A stretch of DNA of 64,000 bases from a virus (Duplodnaviria; Caudoviricetes), in the IMG/VR virus record IMGVR_UViG_2974637922_000001, positions 32,001-96,000 of that record. One strand, given 5' to 3'. The translations under genes and the position numbers were made by a program. The notes below the pieces were generated by a model. It was not told the DNA's origin. It ran no database searches and saw only the letters and a program-made list of their open reading frames with translations. Below, piece after piece: positions 16,855-23,859 of this stretch. Position 1 is the stretch's first letter. Each line of letters starts with the position of its first letter.

Positions 16855-17121
16855 ATGTTCCCACACCTCCACATCTCTGAATCAAACCTCGGACCTCACA
16901 CCTCCATGTTTTTCAAAGTATCATCACAACCACAAGATGAGTGGCAGAATGGCATTTTCCATAACTCACCTTATGGTATCTTCCACCTTCATTCTGAGAA
17001 AGGTGTTTATAAGTTGGAACTATCTTCCTCAGGTTTGAATACACCTAAGTTCAGAAAGTGTAAGTGTGAAGATGAACTTACCGCACTCACTAAGATTCGT
17101 CAGTGGATGGATAAGTTCTGA
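16855..17121 (+). CDS. Hypothetical protein (EWQNGIFHNSPY..KFRKCK)
   Basis: Follows R19. Confidence 0.75.
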   Translation: MFPHLHISESNLGPHTSMFFKVSSQPQDEWQNGIFHNSPYGIFHLHSEKGVYKLELSSSGLNTPKFRKCKCEDELTALTKIRQWMDKF

Positions 17122-17156
17122 TATTATCTAACACAAACCACTCACAACAAACTATC

Positions 17157-17330
17157 ATGAACCGACTAGAACTACTGACCCAACGTGAACAACTGATGGA
17201 GAGGATTGACTCTATCTGTGATGAATTCTTTTATAAGAACTATAATGGAGATACGTCAGAAGCAGATGAATTAGTTCGTATTCTATGTGATGCTGTTTGT
17301 GAAACCATAGACCCAGCGGGTATGGTGTGA
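17157..17330 (+). CDS. Small protein, 57 aa (MNRLELLTQREQLME..LCDAVC)
   Basis: Hand-translated; stop GTG-TGA in R20. Confidence 0.7.
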   Translation: MNRLELLTQREQLMERIDSICDEFFYKNYNGDTSEADELVRILCDAVCETIDPAGMV

Positions 17331-17409
17331 CAGTTGGACTAGTGGCACACGCTTCTCCGCAAACCCCTCCTCACCTGCTATACTATATTCATACCAAAGG
17401 AAACCGACC
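17326..17409 (+). promoter_or_regulatory. Repeat R20
   Basis: TGTGACAGTTGGACTAGTGGCACA; TCCGCA...TGCTATACT. Confidence 0.9.
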
Positions 17410-17673
17410 ATGTTCCAAGTCTGTATTGAAGATTCACTAGATCACCGTCATACAGTTGATGAGTTTGAGACTCTGGAAGAAGCACAAGAGTGTTATAACG
17501 AGTGTTTGAAGATTGGTCCTGAGGGTTATGAACTCTCTGTTGAGTTAGAGCAAGTTATTGGCGACCATGATGATTATATTTCAATTGATTTCACCGAGTG
17601 GTTTACACAAGAGGAGTGGGATGTGGCTCATCCATGGAATGAGAAGGAAGGAGTATGGGAAAACATAGACTGA
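17410..17673 (+). CDS. Very acidic small protein
   Basis: Cassette R20-R21. Confidence 0.75.
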   Translation: MFQVCIEDSLDHRHTVDEFETLEEAQECYNECLKIGPEGYELSVELEQVIGDHDDYISIDFTEWFTQEEWDVAHPWNEKEGVWENID

Positions 17674-17759
17674 TGTGACAGTTGGAGAAGTGGCACACGC
17701 TTCTCCGCAAGACCCGCCTCACCTGCTATACTATTCACATACCAAACAAAGGAAACCAA
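17674..17759 (+). promoter_or_regulatory. Repeat R21
   Basis: TGTGACAGTTGGAGAAGTGGCACA; TCCGCA...TGCTATACT. Confidence 0.9.
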
Positions 17760-18101
17760 ATGACCACCACCCAAACCAAAACCGAGTTCCTCACCGAGGC
17801 AATGATCGAACAGGTGAACAACCTCTGGAAGGTTTATAACGTGGAGTCAGGTCACACCATCACCCCACTCCTTAAGTATGAAGTGGCTAAGAAGTATATC
17901 AAGGTCTATCGTCTTGATGTTGTCAATGGTGAGATTCGTGACGGTCGTTCTGTGTTTATGTTTATCGATAAGGAGACTGGAGCAGTTCTGAAACCAGCCA
18001 GTTGGAGAGCACCCGCTAAGGGTATCCGGTTCTACATTGAGTCGTTGGCAGAGAACCCTGAGCTGGTTGATCAATACGGTTCATTCCTCTACCGTCGCTG
18101 A
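17760..18101 (+). CDS. Phage hypothetical protein (FIDKETGAVLKPASWRAPAKGIRF)
   Basis: Cassette R21-R22; motif recalled from phage hypotheticals. Confidence 0.8.
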   Translation: MTTTQTKTEFLTEAMIEQVNNLWKVYNVESGHTITPLLKYEVAKKYIKVYRLDVVNGEIRDGRSVFMFIDKETGAVLKPASWRAPAKGIRFYIESLAENPELVDQYGSFLYRR

Positions 18102-18183
18102 TGTGACAGCCACCAAGGTGGCACAGGGGGGCTAGGCAGCTCCCCTTCTTTATGCTATACTATATTCATACCAAAGGAACCCG
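18102..18183 (+). promoter_or_regulatory. Repeat R22 with hairpin
   Basis: TGTGACAGCCACCAAGGTGGCACA; GGGGGGCT-AGGC-AGCTCCCC-TTCTTT; TGCTATACT. Confidence 0.9.
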
Positions 18184-19437
18184 ATGACCCTGACTCTCCG
18201 CCCCCACCAACTAGAAGCACTTCAGGTGATGGCTGAGACCCGTCTTGGCCAGATATTAGTTCCAACCGGTGGTGGTAAGACCCTTATCGCTATCATGGAC
18301 GTTGTGAGGACTCTAGAGAACGCAGGAACCCCTCAGACTATCGTTGTGGTAGCTCCCCGTATCCTTCTAGCTCAGCAACTCTGTAGTGAGTATATGGAGG
18401 TTCTGAGCGACCAGTTCGCCAACGTTATCCCCGCCCATATTCACTCAGGTCATACACCTCACTTTTCTACCACTAACATTCAGAAGATCCATCTTTTCGA
18501 GAAGATGATGGATACCGCCAACCTCCACCGCATATATTTCACCACATACAACTCACTTCCACGTTTAGCAGAAGCAGGTGTAAGTGTAGATACTATTATG
18601 TTTGATGAGGCACATAACTCTACTCGTAATGACTTCTATCCCGCTACCAAGTATTTCTCACAGACCGCTAGTCGTTGTTACTACTTTACAGCAACTCCCC
18701 GCCACTCTGTAACATCCAAGAGACACGGAATGAACGAGTCTGATGTATACGGACAGGTTATCTACAATGTTCCCGCTCCTACACTTGTACAAGGTGGTTT
18801 CATCATCCCCCCACAGGTTCTTGTTAAAGAAATGGAGTTCGTAGCTAAACACGAGCTCATCTCACAACGTGACACAAACCACCTCATCTCTTGTATTGAT
18901 GACAACAACACGAGCAAAGTTCTAGTTTGTGCTAAGTCTGTCAAACAGATCATGCGTATGTTTAGTGAGACCGATATCAGCCAACAACTTGATGATCGTG
19001 GTTTCTCCTATATGTACATCTCAGCTAAGACTGGTGGTGTTATCAATGGTAAGAAAGTATCACGTACTATGTTCTTCGATACTCTAAACGAGTGGGGTAA
19101 GGATAACGACAAGAAGTTCATTGTACTTCATCATTCTATTCTCAGTGAAGGTATCAACGTGAGTGGTTTGGAGTCAGCTATCTTCTTACGTACCATGGAT
19201 CATATTACTATCTCCCAAACGATTGGACGTGTGATAAGACTTCACAAAGATGATGCTCAAGGTATGAGAGAGGGTACGATTCGCCCCGGTGATCTTAACT
19301 CCTACACTAAGTCGTTTGGTTTGTGTATTGTTCCAGTTTATTCTAAGACACAACAAACCGTTGCTAAGTCTCTTCAAGCAGTTGTCAATACCGTCTTTGT
19401 TGAAGGTGAAGCAGCAACCACAGTTGTGAGGCGTTAG
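18184..19437 (+). CDS. SF2 DEAH-box helicase (ResIII-like)
   Basis: Q-motif LRPHQ, Walker A PTGGGKT, DEAH, TATP, SEGIN, QTIGRVIR. Confidence 0.9.
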   Translation: MTLTLRPHQLEALQVMAETRLGQILVPTGGGKTLIAIMDVVRTLENAGTPQTIVVVAPRILLAQQLCSEYMEVLSDQFANVIPAHIHSGHTPHFSTTNIQKIHLFEKMMDTANLHRIYFTTYNSLPRLAEAGVSVDTIMFDEAHNSTRNDFYPATKYFSQTASRCYYFTATPRHSVTSKRHGMNESDVYGQVIYNVPAPTLVQGGFIIPPQVLVKEMEFVAKHELISQRDTNHLISCIDDNNTSKVLVCAKSVKQIMRMFSETDISQQLDDRGFSYMYISAKTGGVINGKKVSRTMFFDTLNEWGKDNDKKFIVLHHSILSEGINVSGLESAIFLRTMDHITISQTIGRVIRLHKDDAQGMREGTIRPGDLNSYTKSFGLCIVPVYSKTQQTVAKSLQAVVNTVFVEGEAATTVVRR

Positions 19438-19545
19438 TATGAATTATCAAAACCAAGCTCTTGTGATACTTCTAGGTCTAATGTTCATAGCTGGTATTAA
19501 CGTACTTCACTACGAACAACAATGGCAATGTAGGATGCATCAAAC

Positions 19546-20256
19546 CTATTGTTTTGTTTCTGAATAATACCATAGGTAACCCTTCCAACGCGAACCCCAT
19601 TTGATTGAAGTACAAATACCCTTCCCACGATCCTCCTCGTTAAAGGATCTCATCGCAGCACTAATAGAGTCAAACACGGGTGTAACATGACCGCTCTTAT
19701 GAACTCCATAGACTTGTTTCTTATTCTTAGCGTGTTTATGAATCCACCATTTATGACCATATGCAGTGCCCTCTCGATCTATACTACGACGGATACTTGA
19801 TGGAATTCCGTTTACATATTCAGCGGCAGCAACCCAACCATGAAAGGTCTTTATCTTACCCGTTTCAAGGTTACGACATTTGATCACGTTCTTATCATGT
19901 TTCTTAGGTTTCTTCTTCCGTTGATAACCCCAACGCCTATCCCCTTTATGATATGACTCTTTATTATTCAGCTTCTTAGTCTTATGCTCCATCACTAAAA
20001 CGTTGTACTCAGGGTTATACTTATTCATCCAATATTCCACTCGTTCAGTAACCTTATTCTCATTCACTTCTTCTAGTATGCGTATAGTGAAGTCATCGGA
20101 GTTATAGTAACCCAACGCATTCGACAGAGGAGTATTTTCCTCCTTATGATTCTTAAGGATATTAGACCAAACTTTATTCAGGGGAAGCGTATCATAACCA
20201 ATGTATTTGTGAGAGGTTTGTCTATTCAAGATGATGTAGATGTTTGTGATACTCAC
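19546..20256 (-). CDS. GIY-YIG-like domain plus two NUMOD1-like DNA-binding repeats; catalytic residues look substituted
   Basis: NIYII..KYIG, F.IRILE, EYN; C-terminal F.GW..AA..TAYGHKW and FDSISAAM..WKGYLW repeats. Confidence 0.7.
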   Translation of the reverse strand: MSITNIYIILNRQTSHKYIGYDTLPLNKVWSNILKNHKEENTPLSNALGYYNSDDFTIRILEEVNENKVTERVEYWMNKYNPEYNVLVMEHKTKKLNNKESYHKGDRRWGYQRKKKPKKHDKNVIKCRNLETGKIKTFHGWVAAAEYVNGIPSSIRRSIDREGTAYGHKWWIHKHAKNKKQVYGVHKSGHVTPVFDSISAAMRSFNEEDRGKGICTSIKWGSRWKGYLWYYSETKQ

Positions 20257-20340
20257 GCCAGATACTCTCTATTCTGATTGTATATATAAACATTATCTTT
20301 TTTTATCACATATCGTTCATCATCTCCCTATTGAATGTTA

Positions 20341-20456
20341 TAATAGAAAGGAAGAGATAAACGTATATAACCAACGTAATCACCTAAGGAAAGGTTATCT
20401 AATAGAAGGAACTAATCAATACATTAACCAACGTAATCATATAGGGGAAGGTGAAT
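20341..20456 (+). repeat. Two imperfect ~57-bp tandem repeats in non-coding DNA
   Basis: TAACCAACGTAATCA at 20368 and 20425; each unit starts TAATAGAA and ends ..AAGGT. Confidence 0.75.
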
Positions 20457-20666
20457 AGAAAGCCCTATAGAAAGAACCCCTTATTCAATACAATCCCCAA
20501 GGTAATAACCAATAAGATAGTATCATATAACGAGGTCTTTAGGTTGCTCTAAGTCTCTCCTAAACTCCACTGCCCGTTGCAACCTAAGCCCGTTATAACA
20601 CGGGACTTCGGAAAAGTCAAGGGATCTCCGAAAAACTTAATATTTCTCCCCTCCCCCCTGGACTCC

Positions 20667-20753
20667 TGTGCCAATTCCCAAACTGGCACACGGAAACCCC
20701 AAAACCCCTCCCAGTACCCTATACTATATTCATACAAACAAAGGGAACACCCC
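20667..20753 (+). promoter_or_regulatory. Repeat R23
   Basis: TGTGCCAATTCCCAAACTGGCACA; TATACT. Confidence 0.85.
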
Positions 20754-20912
20754 ATGACCAAAGCAACTCAGAGACCTTCCACCCAGAGCCGTTACACCAG
20801 TCAGGTAGCCCGGGACCGTAAGGCAGCAGCACTCCAGAGGGCTGAGGAGCGTCGCCTCACTGGCTCATGTGGAGAGGATCAGGTGAACCGCCTCTACACT
20901 GTGACACTCTGA
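20754..20912 (+). CDS. Small basic protein, 52 aa
   Basis: Cassette R23-R24; in frame with track ORF 20577..20912. Confidence 0.7.
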   Translation: MTKATQRPSTQSRYTSQVARDRKAAALQRAEERRLTGSCGEDQVNRLYTVTL

Positions 20913-21009
20913 TAACTGGCACAACCCCCCTTGACCCCACCCCCTCTATACCCTATAATATAGAGGTAGGGGGGGAAACCACTCTACACTCACTCTAAAC
21001 TCTCTAAAC
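20900..21009 (+). promoter_or_regulatory. Repeat R24
   Basis: TGTGACACTCTGATAACTGGCACA; TTGACC-N17-TATAAT. Confidence 0.9.
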
Positions 21010-21378
21010 ATGAAAACGTTTCGTTACTCATCCGCCGATCTTAACCAGGGCATGGCTAACCTACTCATCAGCCTCGAGCACGGGGTGGCAGCTGATAGGG
21101 TACAGGTTAACCCTATCGAGGTGGGTACCCCAGTAGTTTCATACGTAACCGATACCACTCGCCGCGGTACTCACGTTATCGTAGGGTTCGCTCGTGGCAC
21201 CACTACCGAGGCTAACCCATGGGGCACCGAGGGGCTTAAAACCGTTTACCAGGTGGCATGGGTAGCTGAGGCAGTGAGGTTCATACCTGAGGCAGTTGTA
21301 CCTATCGTGAGTACCACCCGGGCTAACGAAGAGATGGCACAGGCTCTGATGGTAGCAGCCCTGGCACCCCGATACTGA
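21010..21378 (+). CDS. Hypothetical protein with skewed k-mer content
   Basis: Follows R24. Confidence 0.8.
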   Translation: MKTFRYSSADLNQGMANLLISLEHGVAADRVQVNPIEVGTPVVSYVTDTTRRGTHVIVGFARGTTTEANPWGTEGLKTVYQVAWVAEAVRFIPEAVVPIVSTTRANEEMAQALMVAALAPRY

Positions 21379-21440
21379 TAACCGATATACAGGGGGGCTC
21401 TCAGTAGCCCCCTCTATACAACCCCCTATACAGAACACCA

Positions 21441-21602
21441 ATGAACAGCCAACAGCATCTCGACTCTCTTGTATCAGAACTAGCCCAGGGCGGTTGCCAA
21501 GAGATCGCAGTTATCAAGCTCCCCTCTATGGCGAAGAGGAACCACAAGACCCTGTTCAGCCCACCCAACCGTAAAGGACCTAGAGCCAAGGTTTCAGCCT
21601 GA
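21441..21602 (+). CDS. Small protein, 53 aa
   Basis: Hand-translated MNSQQHLDSLVSEL.. Confidence 0.55.
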   Translation: MNSQQHLDSLVSELAQGGCQEIAVIKLPSMAKRNHKTLFSPPNRKGPRAKVSA

Positions 21603-21639
21603 TCACCCTACTCACTCATCCCCCTACACTCTGAGAACT

Positions 21640-21831
21640 ATGAACAACATCGATAACCTGGCTATGGACCGTTTGGATCAGTTGGCTTCTATGGTCAACC
21701 ATCACATGGAGAACGGAAACGAATCACTCGCTGAACTCTGTGATCAGGAGGCACGGGACCTACTGAACGAACTGGAATCCGAGGACTACACTTTCTGGGT
21801 AATGCAGGACCTCAGCGGGCTGGAAGCCTAG
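21640..21831 (+). CDS. Small acidic protein
   Basis: ORF track. Confidence 0.7.
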   Translation: MNNIDNLAMDRLDQLASMVNHHMENGNESLAELCDQEARDLLNELESEDYTFWVMQDLSGLEA

Positions 21832-22300
21832 GGACAGGTTACCCAGGGGGACAGATCGACAGTCCCCCGAATCGACAGGTCCCCCGCCCGTTGAGCCGAT
21901 ACCCCCGGATCGCGATACCAAAAGCAATAGGGGACCCAACTCGCAACCTACAAAAGTAAATATCGACTTCTATATCTCCCTCTTCCATTTTATTTTTCCC
22001 AGGGTCACCGAGCCCCAGAGGTCGCCTATATTATTACCCCCCGTAGGGGATCTTCTTCCCAGTTTCCCAGGGTTCCCAAAATTTCCCCAGGTAAAAATAT
22101 TCCCCATAAGGTTACGCAGTAAACACGGAGTGTTTCTCTTCAAGTATCTCCCTGTCACTCTCACTCTCATTATAACACACTGATGCTCTATATTACACAC
22201 TGATACTCTGAGGTTCTAAACACAGAGATATGGTGTGGAACGTAGTGAAACTATGGTAGAATGTAGAAGTTCTATATACAACAGTTGTTACCCCTATATG
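21832..22300. other. Long non-coding region at the end of the early array; origin-like candidate
   Basis: GGGGGAC/GTCCCCC hairpin, ATCGACAG(G)TCCCCCG direct repeat, TTCCC(C)A repeats, minus-strand G4 motif at 22058-22088. Confidence 0.5.
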
Positions 22301-22301
22301 A

Positions 22302-22466
22302 ATGAAAAAGGAAAACACGTTTATCACTGAGTTACAAGAGAATGTCTCCACGGGAGATCTAATGGCTTCTATTCCTCCACAGGTCCTCTCAGAGATGGGA
22401 TGGTATGAAGGTACAGAGGTCCGTTGGGTCGTCGATGGAAACGAGTTAGTTCTTATGGAGGCTTGA
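22302..22466 (+). CDS. AbrB/MazE-like swapped-hairpin DNA-binding protein, 54 aa
   Basis: Hand-translated ..GDLMASIPPQVLSEMGWYEGTEVRWVVDGNELVL..; IP..(L/M)GW..G..V pattern of the AbrB fold. Confidence 0.75.
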   Translation: MKKENTFITELQENVSTGDLMASIPPQVLSEMGWYEGTEVRWVVDGNELVLMEA

Positions 22467-22513
22467 TGTCTTCTGTAAGTTAGAAATCTTATGAAGTCTT
22501 AGAGACTAAAAAA

Positions 22514-22705
22514 ATGGCACAAAAAACATCCCTGTATCATATCTACGTCAACAAAGAGCCCATCTATGTCAATCTAGATGAGGATGATTTTAAGCGAGAA
22601 TATAGTTACCTGTTGGGGTTTTTGGAGTTGACTAATCTAAAGAAAGATGCTACAATAGAGTATGAGGAGTGTGAGACGATACTCGGTTTAGAGTCGTCTT
22701 ACTAA
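22514..22705 (+). CDS. Small hypothetical protein (LYHIY..LDEDDF)
   Basis: ORF track. Confidence 0.75.
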   Translation: MAQKTSLYHIYVNKEPIYVNLDEDDFKREYSYLLGFLELTNLKKDATIEYEECETILGLESSY

Positions 22706-22744
22706 TCCTACATACTAGTATGAACACATTAATGGAGTATTGAA

Positions 22745-23512
22745 ATGGCAAAGGGTTTCACCGTGAAGGCGAAGACACCCCCTAAAGGAACCGAAGCTAA
22801 AAAGGCATCGGAATGGGATTATGATAAGGCTAAGGAGATTATGCGTGGTAAGAGCGTAGTATTCTGTCTCCCTGGTCGTGGCGTTAGTTATACGTATCTA
22901 AAGAACTTCGTTCAACTATGTTTTGACTTAGTTCAAATGGGAGCTTCGATTCAGATCTCTCAAGACTATAGTTCAATGGTTAACTTTGCACGTTGTAAGT
23001 GCTTAGGTGCCAACGTCCTACGGGGTCCTGATCAGATTCCATGGGATGGTCGCCTTAAGTACGATTACCAACTCTGGATTGATAGTGATATCGTATTCAA
23101 CACTGAGAAGTTCCTACAACTTGTTCTAATGGACAAGGACATCGCTTCTGGTTGGTATTGTACTGAAGACGGACGTACCTCCTCTGTAGCCCACTGGCTA
23201 GAGGAAGATGACTTTGCCAAGAATGGTGGTGTCATGAACCATGAGAACCTAGAAACAATGGCTAAGCGTAAGAATCCTTTCACGGTTGACTACACTGGCT
23301 TTGGTTGGGTCCTTATCAAGAATGGTGTATTCGAACATCCTGAGATGAAGTATCCATGGTTCGCACCTAAGATGCAGATCTTTGAATCTGGTGATGTACA
23401 AGATATGTGTGGTGAAGACGTTAGCTTCTGTTTAGATGCTATCGAAGCTGGATTTGAGATCTGGTGTGACCCTCGTATCCGTGTTGGACACGAGAAGAGT
23501 AGAGTTATCTGA
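22745..23512 (+). CDS. GT-A fold glycosyltransferase-like protein of cyanophage type
   Basis: DxD motif WIDSDIVF, GFGWVLI, GEDVSFC, VGHEK. Confidence 0.8.
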   Translation: MAKGFTVKAKTPPKGTEAKKASEWDYDKAKEIMRGKSVVFCLPGRGVSYTYLKNFVQLCFDLVQMGASIQISQDYSSMVNFARCKCLGANVLRGPDQIPWDGRLKYDYQLWIDSDIVFNTEKFLQLVLMDKDIASGWYCTEDGRTSSVAHWLEEDDFAKNGGVMNHENLETMAKRKNPFTVDYTGFGWVLIKNGVFEHPEMKYPWFAPKMQIFESGDVQDMCGEDVSFCLDAIEAGFEIWCDPRIRVGHEKSRVI

Positions 23513-23518
23513 TATAGA

Positions 23519-23555
23519 GGAGGGTCTTGACAACCCTCCTTTTTTATGCTATAAT
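23519..23555 (+). promoter_or_regulatory. Overlapping terminator and consensus sigma70 promoter
   Basis: GGAGGGT-CTTGACA-ACCCTCC-TTTTTT; TTGACA(23527)-N17-TATAAT(23550). Confidence 0.85.
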
Positions 23556-23583
23556 TACGGAGTACCGTCAAGGAGTAACTTCC

Positions 23584-23859
23584 ATGATTAATATTTTCAG
23601 AAACAGCAAACGTATAAACAACCCCAATGTTCCAGACAGTTATCCTGTTCCCTTTCGTCACGCTGTCGATGTTTTGATCAACCAGCATCCACAGAGTACT
23701 ATTACTAGAGAACATCTTTGTAGTCTCTTGAATAGGGAGAACGACGAAGAAATCAACTACGCTATCAAACTCGGCATTTGGGATTGCAAACATGCCGGTG
23801 TTATTGAGCAAGTATCTACAGACTACTATAGAATTACAGATAGGAAGAGTAAACAATGA
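23584..23859 (+). CDS. Hypothetical protein, possibly winged-helix-like
   Basis: SD AAGGAG; in frame with track ORF 23527..23859. Confidence 0.7.
   Translation: MINIFRNSKRINNPNVPDSYPVPFRHAVDVLINQHPQSTITREHLCSLLNRENDEEINYAIKLGIWDCKHAGVIEQVSTDYYRITDRKSKQ

Larger units (their letters stand above)
500..21009 (+). repeat. Array of 24 dispersed direct repeats (dyad + early sigma70-type promoter + leader), each heading one gene or a short operon
   Basis: 24-bp dyads (consensus TGTGACAGTTnnnnAAGTGGCACA) start at 500, 698, 3870, 4318, 5136, 6303, 6862, 7178, 7521, 9341, 10489, 12684, 12903, 13129, 13678, 13982, 15794, 16377, 16771, 17326, 17674, 18102, 20667 and 20900. Each is followed ~29-30 nt later by a -10 box (mostly TGCTATACT) and usually 81-89 nt from the dyad start by an ATG. 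Confidence 0.95.

Noticed and set aside
516-20912. Track ORF starts at 516, 5144, 7529, 14013, 17682, 20577 and ORFs 16772..17038, 13531..13722
   Set aside because: N-terminal extensions are translations of the repeat (e.g. KWHTL..TCYT); true ATGs follow the leader and SD
500-21009. CRISPR array interpretation of the repeats
   Set aside because: Spacing is 0.2-3.2 kb and contains full genes; repeats are degenerate and contain promoters; no cas genes
500-21009. Classical integron (attC) array
   Set aside because: No integron integrase in the window, no RYYYAAC/GTTRRRY ends, and units carry their own promoters; kept only as a functional analogy
21970-22200. Minus-strand 76-aa ORF
   Set aside because: Low-complexity translation of the TTCCC repeat region, non-ATG start
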